64,000 nucleotides of DNA, taken from NCBI GenBank assembly GCA_037447605.1, contig CM074817.1, positions 1,178,001 through 1,242,000 of the forward strand. Direction: 5' to 3'. Made by a program: the position numbers and the translations under genes. The stretch is from Zygnema circumcarinatum SAG 698-1b. Lineage: Eukaryota > Plantae > Zygnematophyceae. How positions within the stretch are numbered: position 1 is the first letter of the stretch; every line of letters starts with the position of its first letter. This document shows positions 11,901-24,204 of this stretch, piece by piece. The notes below the pieces were generated by a model. That model had not been told where the DNA came from and searched no databases. It saw only the letters and a list, made by a program, of their open reading frames with translations.

Positions 11901-13071
11901 AATGACTTAGAGCTGATGGCCTTAGCCTCTATGATGATGATGAAACGTGTGGTAATGGTTTCAGGTGTTCCCTCTTTGGGCCATTACTGAGTGGAGTGCA
12001 GGGGGTCTTGGCTTCGGCACTTCAGAAATAGGTTTTATTCAAGCGGCAGGCGGCTTTGCTCTGGTGGGTCTATCTCATCCCTGTGGTTTTTAGAGTTTTT
12101 ATGTGAAGGAAATGTGGGTTCAATTAATTAAGTTTCTTTCATCGAAATTTGTCTTTTTTTTTTCGGAACTCCTTTTGAAGGCCAAGTGCAGCTTTCATTC
12201 TAAGGCCGTAAACCGCTATGAGAGATTGGGTGCATTCCCTCTAACCAATATGAAGCCCTCAGGATCTGATTCCTTCAAGCTTCTTATCCTTGTTTGCTTT
12301 ATGCAGATACCTTATCAAATGCTTTTTTATCCTGCGATTGCAAACTACCTAGGGACTCTCAACTGCATGCGGTGGTCGTTTGTGGGGATGACTTTGGTGG
12401 CTGCGTTTCCCATTCTCCGATTCATCACTTCTCAAAGACTGAGAGTGGCGGTAGGCCTCCTCATTATGATGATTCGAGGGTATGTTTCTCTTTTCCCTAG
12501 TTACACTGTGCGGTCTCTGTGTTGCCAGCTCGCACCCTGCCTTTGTGTTACAAGTGTATAGTTCATGTCTTTTCATTCTCCTTTGGTGCAAACAATGCCA
12601 TATGTCCTATAGGGTATCACTGCCCTAGCGAGCACTGTTTCATGAAATAGTAGGCAAACTGCAATTCAAGAGAGCAAGAAAGAGAGAGAGAGCGAGAAAG
12701 AGAGACTGAGAGAGGTGACAGTGGAGAATCAATAAGCTATTTTTGGCCCCATATGCAGAATAACGTGTGCAACAGCCTTCACATCAATCACCATCGCCAT
12801 CAACAACAGTGTTCGGTATGCGGAGTACCTCGGCTCGGTCAACGGAATGAGCCAAACTGCCAACATGATGCTTGAGAGCTCTGCGCCCCTTCTTGGCTCG
12901 AGCCTCTACGCGTGGAGCGTTAGCGGGCATCACGATTTCCCTCTCGACTTCCATCTCTATTGGTGTCTGTGGGTGGCCCTGTGCGCACTCATGCTGCTAC
13001 TCACGGCCCTCCTTCCCAAGTCAATCGACAGCAGAAAGTTCATTATGGATGATTCCAGTTTTGACGAATAG
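8969..13071 (+). CDS. Major facilitator superfamily transporter, ZIFL/ZIF1-like
   Basis: Exons: MDTSAKEG..LSETVLFPFVALMVKGFHITEDPLKLG; YYAGYVASSFYVG..GFWG; SLSDWIGRKPVLLFST (MFS motif A-like D-x2-GRK); GPALGGLFSQPAEKYP..FPFALPC; VFPLWA..GGLGFGTSEIG; last exon GSVNGMSQTA..APLLGSSLYAWS..DE* at 13071. One exon end falls in the N gap at 10595. Confidence 0.9.
9236..9380 (+). repeat. Interstitial telomere-like (TTAGGG)n tract in MFS intron 1
   Basis: TTAGGGTTAGGGTTAGGGTTAGGGCAGGGTTGGGGTTAGGGTTAGAG plus degenerate units. Confidence 0.85.
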
Positions 13072-13607
13072 GAGAAGGGTAAGTTAGGTCAACTTAATTC
13101 CCCCTCGTTTGTTGCCCTCGGTCGCATCTCCAGTGTAAGTATGTTATCTGGAAGGGAAAAGGGAAAAGTGAGGAGAGAGATAGGTAGTGGTAGAGAGTCT
13201 GTTGCGTTGTATATACGTGTTGTTTAGTTCTGCAGCAGCGAATAAGTAAGTAAATTAATGCAGGTATTTCTTGTGGTGATTTAAGTTTAGGTATTAAGGT
13301 TAAATGTCTCTATGAGACCCTTGCTTATCTATAATTGTTACCAATGAATGAAATGGAGAGGGATGTAGCCAGATGGATGAAATGTATTGCAATAGAGATC
13401 CCAAATCTGGGAATTGCTTGAACTCGTTATTAAGAGGAAGCCAGTCTGTCAAAGCTGTGGATGGACGTCTGGAAATATTTACCGTGGTGTCAAGAATGGA
13501 TCTGTACCGCCGATTCAAATGCAGGAACGCATCTGAGCCGTCATATGGTTTGCACACTTGCACCGTTGGATGCATGGACCTAAGGGTAACTGTACAGGCG
13601 CTTAGGG

Positions 13608-16600
13608 CTATCCCTCCTGAGACAAAGCTATCAAATTGAACTGACAAGAAGTGGGATCCCTCTCCATGAATCCCCGCACTACTTTCACAGTTGCCTGCAA
13701 ACCCCCAAAAGAGCACAACCCAGTTTTGAGCATATTGAGAGATCGATTGCATTTGGCTAACCTTCATTCAAAAGAAGTGTCCAGTTGATTGGGCTCAGAG
13801 AGGACAACTCAATCCAAGGAAATAAACAACAAGGAAAACAGACAACTGGAAAAGTATGGCAGCAAAGATGGAAACAAATGTTGGTGATGACCTATATGGC
13901 CTGTTGTAAAGGCGAAATAAAGAGCCAAAAACTGACCGGTAGTAAATCGTCTGCACTCGCGGGGCCGTGATAAATGGGAAACGGCTTTGAGCCGTCCAAT
14001 TCGTACAAGCCACCTGTCGGCCAATTATACAATAGGTAACTCAATATATTTTGCCCAAAATTTACTTCAGACCCACACTAATGCCAAAAGGAATCAAAAA
14101 CGAATGAACAATTTAATTTCTTATACAGTATGCATGCAATGGGACAGTCTGACTCCTGCTGATTATGCCAGAAAATCCAAAACCTACAAACAAGGGTTAG
14201 GCTTAGGGTTAGGGTAGGGTTAGGGTTAGAGTTGAAGTCAGCCACAAGTGTGGAGGACGAACTGGCTTACCGTCAACACTCACAAACGCGATGAAGTGGA
14301 GGTCGACCGGTTCTGTTATTTCAGGCGCCTGTGAAGCATAAAAGCAGAGAAAAACATTGCTCATTCAGTCATAGTCAAAGTCAAAGTTACAGAAAAACGA
14401 TGATGATTCACATAATGGGAATCATTATCTTCAGTCTCCCTTCCTTATCAACCTTGTCTGACTTCAGTTTCCTTTCCCACATGGAAACAAAAAGCCTCTC
14501 ATGAGTAGGATGCTGGTTGTCCTTTTCCAAAGTGGCAGAGCACTATTTAACCTATTCCTATATTTATGGGAGGTTTAAACTTTCGAGTACTAAGTTTATA
14601 AGTTATGAGAGGTAGAAAAGTACCGCCGTGTCTCCCGCTGATGCTGCAACTGAATGAGCTTCTTCCATTTCCGTATCCTCCTCCAAAAATTGTGCCCGCT
14701 ACAATCAATTAACAAATAGCAAACGTCATGTCTACGAAGTCTGACAGAGGCACACAAATAGTAAGGGACGAACAGCAAAAACCAAACTAGAAACAAACAG
14801 TAAGCGACTTTAGAGTCTTCTTTTATATGATTTTGGAACCTGGCAAATTCTTCAGATGGATCGTGTCGGAGAAGCAACGAGACCGCTTTAAAAGTTGGAT
14901 ACTATCATGACTTTTTGTTTGTTTTTTAATACCCCACAGAGACTCTATCCCAAGCAATTCTCCTCACCTCAGCTGGACTCATGCTTTTGGTCTTCTCAAA
15001 AAATCTTTTGAGGTAGGAGCCCTCCGCTGCATTCAGGTAAAATAGTGGCACAATGCTCACAGTTAAAAGCGTTTGAATGCAAAGTAGATGATAAAGGAGT
15101 ATCCTTGTCATTTTCCAAGACAGAAAACTTGGCCGCATTGTCATACATACATGCACATCTCTCTCCCTCTCTCTCTTCAACGTGCCATGCTCACCTAGAT
15201 TGAGGCGCTGAGTGTTGTTCCCAATAGCATGCAGAAGGCCCACAGTTCCACAAGCATTGCCAACCGTCTGTAGAGTGAACCACACTTCACTGCTCACCTG
15301 CAGCTTCAAAACAAATTGTGAGGCTTTAGGCTCTATGTGGACCATACCTGGCATTGAGCATATTCAGTAGAAACTTCCATTAATGCTCACACAGTTCTTT
15401 GAAAACAGGGAAAATAAAATGCAATGCTTCAGCTTTCAGCATCATGGTCCTTAGATCACGCTTCCTTAAATGTTCATTACGAATGAAGAAGTCTCTTGGG
15501 GGGAAGGTGTTCTAGCGTGTCTTGTCATTTCAGTAGAAATATTCATGAAACAGACGTCCAAGAAGGAACTGTTTCTTATGATATTTTCCATGTCTACGCT
15601 TCAATGCTCATTGCCGCTTGAAACCCAAACCCGATCTTACTTCCTTCGATAGAGTTAACCATCTCGCGCCAGCTGTCACTCCCTCTCCTCTCTCCTCTTC
15701 CAAAACGACATGGCAACACGCTAGTCTATTCAATATGAACGCTATTTTATTCGATATGAAGGTGAACAAAGTAGCAATGAGTATCATACCGTCTGCCCTT
15801 CTTTCTCGACTCGTTGCACTTCTGCCTTCTTAGCTGCTACAGCCTGCATCATCGAAGTTTTCAACATGAAAAAGTGAATCGGTTACTGTCAAAGCAGGTT
15901 TCCAGCCAGGGTCACCTCAAAACATTGCATCTTCTGAAAGAACTGCTGAAAATCGAAAAACAAAGAAGCTTCAGGTTAATTCTTCTAAAATGTAATTTAC
16001 GATAATCTCCAATATTGTAGAAATGAACACACTCCTGCATACATTTGTCAGTGCATGCTAGTACAACACCTGTGATGCTCTATTCTGGCATTATCCTCAA
16101 ACGTCATACATTGAAAATGAGTTTGAATATTACAAGAAAGCAGCCTTAAAGCCTTCCAGCCTTCCTACTTCCACTCCTCGTAAGGTGAAGCCGAACTTAC
16201 CGCCTCATTGTCAGGAAAGAGAAGGAGCAGCGCCAGCACAGGCTGCGGGACCATGGAAAGCAGCTCTTCATCGAGACCGTACACGTCATAGAATCCAGCT
16301 GTCTCTGGAAGCCCTAAAGGGCGCACGAACTGCAGCTCCAGGGAGGAAGTGGAGAGGAAAGGAGTGATGAAATGAGAGGAGGCAGAAGATGAGAGAGATG
16401 AGGAGGCAGAAGAAGCAAGGTGGAAGAAGGCGGGGTGGGGAAGGAGAATTGGTGTGGATGGCAGGCGAGGAGAGAACAAGAGGGAGTTGGAGGGAAGGAG
16501 GAGAGGGAGGGAAAGGAGGAGGGAGAGAGGGATGGGAGGGAGGGAGGAAAGGGAGGGTGGAGAGGGCAGGAAGCGTGGGGAGGGAGGGGAAGGGGAAGAC

Positions 16601-17007
16601 AGTGAGGGAGGGGAGGAGGAATGGGAGGAGAGGGAGGAGAGAAAACGGGAGGAAAGGGGAGGGAAGGAGGAGGTCCGTGAGAGCAGTGATGCCAAAAGCT
16701 GTATGGCTGCTTTCTCTCAGCCACTGCTATCCATTATCAGACGTACAGGATGAACGAAGTCTCCTGAAGCTCAAAATGGAACATGTTTCTGATTCATGTC
16801 AAGGACTCAAACAGTCATTCACCGTAAGGGCTCCACTATGACTCAGACCACAGAAGCCTCTGTCTTCTCCTCTCTCTTCTTTCCCAAATAAATTCAGCTC
16901 AGAGAGACCGTGCATCCCTCCCTCTCTTCTCGCCCCACCTGCTCCATGACGGCGGGATTCGCCTCCAGAGGAAGCCATCTCTTCCTCCTCTGAGCTCCCT
17001 CGGCCAT
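13608..17007 (-). CDS. Ubiquitin C-terminal hydrolase, peptidase C12 (UCH-L3/UCH3-like)
   Basis: Exons: MAEGAQRRKRWLPLEANPAVMEQ (17007-16939); GFYDVYGLDEELLSMVPQPVLALLLLFP; FTLQTVGNACGTVGLLHAIGN (catalytic Cys); FLEEDTEMEEAHSVAASAGDT; PVDLHFIAFV (His); LYELDGSKPFPIYHGP (Asp); VRGFMERDPTSCQFNLIALSQEG* ending 13608. Confidence 0.93.
14197..14232 (+). repeat. Short interstitial TTAGGG-like tract in a UCH intron
   Basis: AGGGTTAGGCTTAGGGTTAGGGTAGGGTTAGGGTTAG. Confidence 0.7.
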
Positions 17008-19133
17008 GGCCTCACAACACTCACAGAAAATAGGATCAGAAAGCAAACAAACCCTAATCACTCACAAAATTGTAAAATGTCTCCACCAATTGCTTCAAAC
17101 CGCCTCTCTCACTCTCTCTTTCTCCCCCCCTCCCTCCAGCAGAGGAAGCTTCAAAAGTGCCACGTGTCGACAGGAGTGAGCTCCGCCTGCCACGTAGGCA
17201 TGTCCTTGCTCGAGAACCAACTGACCGTTCCATATATGGCAGATCTGCGCATCCGAGCCGTCCATTTTCCTGGAAGCCGTAATGTACGAATGTGCTTTTC
17301 TTTCAACGCTTTTTTCATCACCTTCCCCTCCCCTCTCTCTCTCCTTCCTCCCCTCCTCTCACCTCTTGAGGGGGTATCAAACTTAGCAAAAGTTGAGGTT
17401 CTGAGGGCGATCACTACTGCGAGAAGAAGAGTGACTGATGACTGATCATGATGGTTTTGCGGAGCCTGTGCCGAACCTGTTGCAAGTCAATTTCTTCTTG
17501 TTCTTTTTCTACTTTTTCTTTTTATTTTTCTCCCCTTCAACCTTGCAAAGGCTCCCTCCCTTTCATCTCTCCTCCCCTTCAGACGCGTACTGAGCCCTGT
17601 TTCCCCGGCGGCTTATTCGCATTCTTGCCGTAAGGGGGACCCGGCAATTGCTGAGCCCTCCTCACACCGAGACTGCTAAAAAAGCAGACCTGCTTCCTGG
17701 AGGCTTCAAGGATTTGACTTTTTAGGAAAAATTGGAAGCTTTGAGAAGGTGGGTTGAGCAATCTCTAGTTAGTGGTGCAGTACTGCCTTTCGTGTACTGT
17801 CTTTATTTAGACAAGGGAAGGCGCATCGGAGGATAATTTGAAGAGATAAGTATAAATTCAAAGCAAAGATATGAAGGTCATATATGTATATCAAATTTTA
17901 AATGAGGGTTGGTGTGTTGTACTGGTAATTGAAGCCATTGCTTTTCCAGAAAACGACAGAAGATTTTTTTTTTTAGGCTGCACACGAACTTTTTGAATTC
18001 TTCGTTGAAGTTCAACGAGGTTGCCTCGACTCAACCAAACAATTGGACAAAAAGGACAAGCAATGAACATCTGCAGTGTAGGGACATTCTGGCAACAGGT
18101 CTTCCAAAGAATAATGATCAGTTTCAGGAGCTAAGTACCAAACAAATAGAGAGGGGGAGGGGGGGAGATGGTGAAAAAAAAGGGGAAAAAAATGATAGAT
18201 TAAAAAAATAACTCTTCAATATGCAAAAATAGAAGGCGCAAAGAGCTGAAGCCAGCCCATTTGAACCCTCAAGCTCCCGAAAGCATGCACGTTCAAAGCT
18301 TCTTGCTTGGCAGAGGCCTGCAATGGCAAAAAAATCAGAAAAAAAATATTCAGGAAGGTCCACTCCTACGGATGCAATGGACCAAAAGATAGCAGCAGCG
18401 TATGAACCATCTATGAACCCCATTTTTGCGGAAATGACCAGCACGGACGAGTGCAACCAAACATGTTTCTAATTCGATGTATTATTCATTCACATCCTTA
18501 TTTGAATGTTGACCTTTTGCAAAACATCATTGAATAATCTTACTTAGAAGTGCCGGCCTGCAGACTTCCCAGCCAAGTCCCAAGCCTGCATCGCAGGAGG
18601 TGGTGCTGAAATCAGAATCACCAGCTGGGAAGTAGCAGGGCTTCACTTTCGGGGGTTCGAGCTTGCTGCAGAGAGCAACAAAGCACATAGGAAACTAGTC
18701 CGTTCCATCAACAAAAGAAGCATATTCTTTGTTTGCACATTTTCCCGGACAGAAACGTTCTGGAAGTCAGGGAATAATATAGTACATAAGATTGGAAGGT
18801 CAAGGACCACTAACAAGAATCCGAACTCTAATAGCGGAAAGGCAGCACAAGGTCGCATGATATTGGAAAGTGTAAGCATGTGAACACCTTCATGGAATGT
18901 GGCCAATGAGAAGACATGTTGGTGAAGTCAGTACCTATTGTCCAGGCTGATCCAAATGATGGGGCCATGATTCGCGCCTGCCAAATCAAAATCAAAATCA
19001 AAATCAAAATCAACATAAATGACAACTCGCTTTTCTCTCTCAATCATTCCAGGCATACCATGCTTTGTTATCCAATTCTTGCTGTATTCGAAACCTTTGC
19101 AGCTTCATAAGAACAGAGTTCTGCAAAGGTTAC

Positions 19134-20623
19134 CTACCTGCTGAGAGTGTAGCTTGCTCCTTCTTCCAAGGGTTGGAGGGTAACACCGGTTTCATTAGTC
19201 GCCACTACATGCCCTTTAGAGTCGATGAGAATGCTCGCATCTCCAAAGCTCGTTTTCACATCCAACAGTCCCACCGGAACATCCCACGACTTCCCATTTA
19301 TGGAAACCTGCACTTTTTTCTCGGCATCTGCAAAAATAACAGGACATGTTTTTGTATGTAACAAAACAACAGTTAACAAATCATGGTTTGCCTTATTTCT
19401 CAGGCATTCCTCAAACCCAGCTTTGATAGCCCGATTTTCATTGAAAGATAGCCTAAGACTTGCAAAGCGAGTTCAGTATGACAACTAGTCCTCCTCACGA
19501 TTCGCTGCCGATGGTTTTCTAGAAACAGATTTCAAAAAAAAAAAAAAAGAGGGAGCAGAAAAGATCACCTGCATGACTGTACATGGCTGCCCTAAACTGT
19601 CCAACAGACATGTCAACTACTTTTTCGACTTTCGAAGCTCCAACATCCGATTGCGATTGCTGGGAACTATGTTGATGCAAATGCTGCTCTCCATTTGCAC
19701 CATCTTCAACCTCTGCTCCTTCTTCCTTATGCTCCTCCCCCTCCTCCTCCTTCTCCTCCCCCTCAATTCGTGGTTTCTTTTCTCCTCCTTCCTCTTCCTC
19801 TCCATCCCCCGTTTCATCCTCCTTGTCATTTTCGCTCTCCTTGTCATTACCATTCATACCGCTAGACTGCTTCCGTTTGGCACGTGCCTTCCGATTCTGA
19901 AACCAATTGTAGACGTTGGTATCTGTGATGGGCCCATGCTGCGCTAACTCCATTGTAATATCTTTTAATTTTGCTTTATGTGGAGTTCCTGAAAGTTCAG
20001 AAAAATACTTCTCCAGCAGTTGCAGCTGAGCAGGCTGTGGGCTCCATCTCTGCCGCGGTTTGACCAATGGAAGGGCGGGGGCTGCATGCGGAGTAGGATC
20101 ATAGGTGTAGCTGACAAAATTACCTGCAATTGTGAAGAAAAAGAGCTATCAGTATACTTCAAATGTGCAGTGTAAACATCGCAATGAACATAGGAGTTTA
20201 TGCAGGAGTGCGCTACGGGTTATGCTGAAGCCTAGCTAATCTTGGGCATTCCAATTCCAAGTTAAGTGCAAGACTCTGGCTAATGCATGGGACTAAGCTG
20301 AAATTAGAGGCCAAATGGCACTTATAACTCAGTTTTGGAAAGTTTCAAAGGTAGTACAAGCTTCTCAACCCCACGCCTCCAAAAAAACGGTCCAATAAAA
20401 GCAGTGCGTTACCGGCAGTCTGAGTGGCTACGGCAGAGCAGTAGATCTTGAAAAGTTCCTGCGTGCATGTGCGATAGACGGTGATCTGATCCTTTAGAGT
20501 GGCCATCTGCTCGTCCGTCATCACAATGCCGTGCGCCATCACATCATAGAGAGGCTGAGGGAGCGGCTCTCGAGCCATGATTTCGCTGTAGGTGAGGTCA
20601 GAAGAGGGGGGCTTCTGCGCCAT
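19134..20623 (-). CDS. WOX13: WUSCHEL-related homeobox protein, WOX13 (ancient) clade; last exon uncertain
   Basis: N-terminal [24 protein letters not shown] (WOX13-type motif). Homeodomain [41 protein letters not shown]-terminal [56 protein letters not shown] donor at ~19136 may splice to an open exon near 18545-18665. Confidence 0.88.
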
Positions 20624-22135
20624 GGCCTGGAGGGGAGCAGAGGGTAGGGACTAATTTCCTGGTTCAAGAGGGAGAAAGCATATGTGTGAGAGGGAGAGGC
20701 GGAGAGTGGGAGAGGAGGAGGATAGGGGGCGACGGGGGAAGGAAGGGGGAGAGGTGGAAAAAAGGGAGGGAGGGGGAGGAGGACGAGGAAAGCGACCAGG
20801 GACAAAATGGGGAAGAGAAGGAGAGAGTGGCAAGAAGGTGCTAACACTTTGATGCAGACGTATAAAAGTCATATGACATAAATATCAGAATGCCTAATGC
20901 GGTGTGTAAAATAACGTGAGAGGAAAACAAAAGAAGGCATGGGAGTGAGCCAATTGAGTATGAGAGAGAGAAAGAAGGGGAAAGCACCATTAACTCTACT
21001 GCTATTCGTCATACTCTCTCCTTGATCTCCTCTTCCCTCAGCTCCCCACTCTCTCTTCGCCCCCCCCACCCCCTCCTCACCCCCGCTTTTCCATACTCTT
21101 CAAAGCTTTCCTCCCCGTTGTTTATTTTCCTGTCTCCTAATCCTCACCTCCAATACCTCCTCCCCCTACCTCCTCACTTCTCCTTTCCATCAGCTCTCTC
21201 ATAGCCAGCCCCCTCATTCTTTATCCCCGCTCCGCCTCAGCTCCCTGCACTTTCTTCGCCTCCATTCTCTCTTCCCCCTTCCTTCACCCCTAATCATGTC
21301 ATCCTCTCTCCCAACACCATCGAATTCCGCCTCTCCTTTGCCCCTTCCTTCCCCTGTCCTCCCTTCTCTTCCACTTTCCCTCTACCTCTTCCACCCTCCT
21401 CTCCACTCCCCTCGGCTCCCCTACCTCTCCCCCTCCCTCTCGCCTTCCCCTCCCTCCCCTTCGCTTCCACTTCCCCTATCTTGATCCTCTCCCTCTCTCA
21501 TCCCTCTCTCCTTTCCTCTCCTTTCCACCTCCCTTTCCTGATCCCTTTCTTCCTCTCCTGCCCCTCCCCACTTCCCTCTTCCTCACTAATACTTCCGATC
21601 GCTTAAGTCCTGTAACCCTAACTCCGTACCCGAGCCCTAAGCTCACCTTCTCGGCCGGCCGGTTCCTGGCCGCCTGCCTGCCTCCTCTCTCTCCCTCTCC
21701 CTTCCCCTCCGCGAGAGTGCAAAGAGGCCTTCCTCTCCTCTCCACTCCACTCCCTCCCTCACTCCCATCACCGACATTTCGCTGATCCAGCCCGTTCCGT
21801 TCCGTTCCGTTCACAAATCAGCATGGAGAGGATGCAGTTCGATACGGGCGGCTGCGCGGCAGACACGTGGCGTCGCGTGCGCCGAGATTGCTCGATATCA
21901 GTCGTCCGATCTTCGATCCGACGGTGCCGGGTAACTAGTAGTTTCCCACAAGTGACCCGCTCGTGGTTTCCCGCGAGGAGCCCCCTCGTGGTTTCCTTTA
22001 TATCAAGTTACGCGAAGAGGTCACAAGTTCTGTGAAGCGTGCAACTGAGTCACATGATTTTTAGGTTTGGACAGCTCCATGGTTCATGCGGCCATGGCGG
22101 AGACTTAGGAGGCATTGAAAAAGGAAAGGGCAGCC

Positions 22136-23528
22136 ATGGCAAGGATGTGTATGCGGCGTCCGGGCGTAGCCATGCTGGAGCTGCAGCTATCGCTGGTGCT
22201 CCTGCTTCTTTCAGGATGCCACGTGTCATCATCCCTAGGGAGCAGCGAGTGTGAAGCTCTGGGCTTCAGCGGTTTAGGGTTATGTTCGGACTGCAACTTG
22301 CTCGCAGAGTATGTCAAAGATGCAGGTAATTTCAGCAGCTTTGAATTTCCTGCATGATTTGCTGATACCATTTATTCAGAACCCGCCTTCAAAGTGCTTC
22401 GTTTGTATTTCAACAAAGTGAAAGTGCTGGACTGCTTCGAAGGCAAGAGATGAGTGTATGCTGTGCTTGTAGAAAGCGTGTAGCGACTTTATAGCAGCTG
22501 AAAAGCGGAGCAAATCGCCGTTCCTGCATGTGCGGTGGCTGCAAGCAGAGCTAGAAGCAGATTGTCGCAAATGCTGTACTCCCGACGACGATGATGACGC
22601 CAATGCCAAGGTGAGAATTAGGTCAACTTTCTTCATAGGCGATGACATTTCTTGGCCATGTGATTAAAACTAAATTGTGCCATTTCTTATTTGTGTTTAT
22701 TCAGCAAGGGCTCTTCACGGTGTCTCACACGTTCGGAATGCATTCATATGACCATTGGAATGCCAAAGTCCACAATTTCTAGATGGACTGCAAAGACTTC
22801 GCAATTTAGGACCTGCCATACATTTATCTCAGAGTTAAACTTTTTGTGACTAAGACAGTTTATACAATGAATGTGATCCACAAAGAACACGTGTTGGTTT
22901 CATATGATTGTGGAAGCTGCCCCGTGCTTTTCGAAGATTTTTTGGCAAACATTTGAATCGTGCGCAGTAGAGTTACATGACCATTGAGCTGAAACCATTT
23001 TGCCATTGACAGTGAACAATATTGGAGTTGTCTTTCTTCAGAAAACGTTCGCTTCTGCTATTCTGGAGGTTTGCATGCGGCGAGTGAGTTTTTATCCTGC
23101 CGTCTATAAATTTATTGAGGAGAAGGCTCAGAGCTATAAGCTCTTGAGCGTAAAGTACACGGCCCATGCGACTCCAAAGCTCCTTATGATGGATGCAGAA
23201 GGGCAGTTGCTTGACACAGTGATGTGAGTTCTTCGACTCAAACTTATAGCTCAAATGCAGGCATCGCTTTAGTGAATGTCTTGCTGACAAGATGGTTGTG
23301 GATGCTGACCTGCACTTAACTAATTTTGTATCATGCTCCAATACAAAGAAAGCAGCATTAGGGTATTTAAGCCTGAAAAGAAGTCCAGCAAAACTAGTGG
23401 TATTGGCTTTAGTTGCATGCCTGCTGTGTACTGTCTAATTCTTTGCTTTGGCCGAGTGCAGGATCGATAGTTGGCGCACGGCACATATTGAGGCCTACTT
23501 GCAGCAGAAGCTCAAGGCGGCTGTGTGA
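22136..23528 (+). CDS. SEP15: Sep15/SelenoF-like thioredoxin-fold protein, plant type (non-selenium, CMR motif)
   Basis: Signal-peptide-like LQLSLVLLLLSGC; CEALGFSGLGLCSDC; ELEADCRKCCTPDDDD; FASAILEVCMRRVSFYP..TPKLLMMDAEG; RIDSWRTAHIEAYLQQKL..*. Start codon ambiguous (22115/22136/22172). Confidence 0.88.
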
Positions 23529-24204
23529 TATTTTGAAACCATTCAACATGTGATAACATGTTCTCCCAGGTTAAACCCTCACAAGATGTAAAAAACGATG
23601 TATCTCAAAACTGGTCACTTTTAATGATCTAATTCACCAATCAGATTATGCCACTCAGAACCTGCTCAATGATGTAGAGTTCTCCTTGAAGTTTAGGGTT
23701 TTGCATTCAAAATGTGATGTGATGTACATAAGAATCATCCAGGTGGCCATCCATCATCTGCTCGAAACTCCTCGTTCGTGCATTCTTACGAAGCAACTTC
23801 AAGGATTCGTATCCTGCCCGCATGGAACTCCCATTACCAACCAAGAGTACGCTTCTAAGGGAACGATAAGTTCCACAGACAAGTTCAGAATAAGATAGGA
23901 GGAATATCCCTAATTACAAGCAAATAATAATCCCCATGAGCAATACTGGAAACCACCAGTACTGGCAGATTACCCACTTTCCTTTGCCATCCAGTAATAA
24001 GCTGACATCTCAGATCTCCCTTATACGTTTTATTGCCACGTGCATTATGCACAGAATAATTTTAATAGATGCAAGTCCTCGACTTCTTGGGATTCCCCAG
24101 CTATGGCCTGCAACCCTAATGCCATTTCCCTCCATTCCGTAATTAAAACTCTAGATTAAAACTGCAGAGATATGGTCAATTCCTCCCTTCGGTATCTCCC
24201 GTCT

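Noticed and set aside
17430-17660. Possible C/D box snoRNA (TGATGA ... CTGA)
   Set aside because: The boxes are too far apart, and no terminal stem or rRNA-complementary guide was identified.
23040-23090. Selenocysteine in the Sep15 homologue
   Set aside because: The redox motif reads TGC ATG CGG (C-M-R) with no in-frame TGA, as in plant non-selenium homologues.
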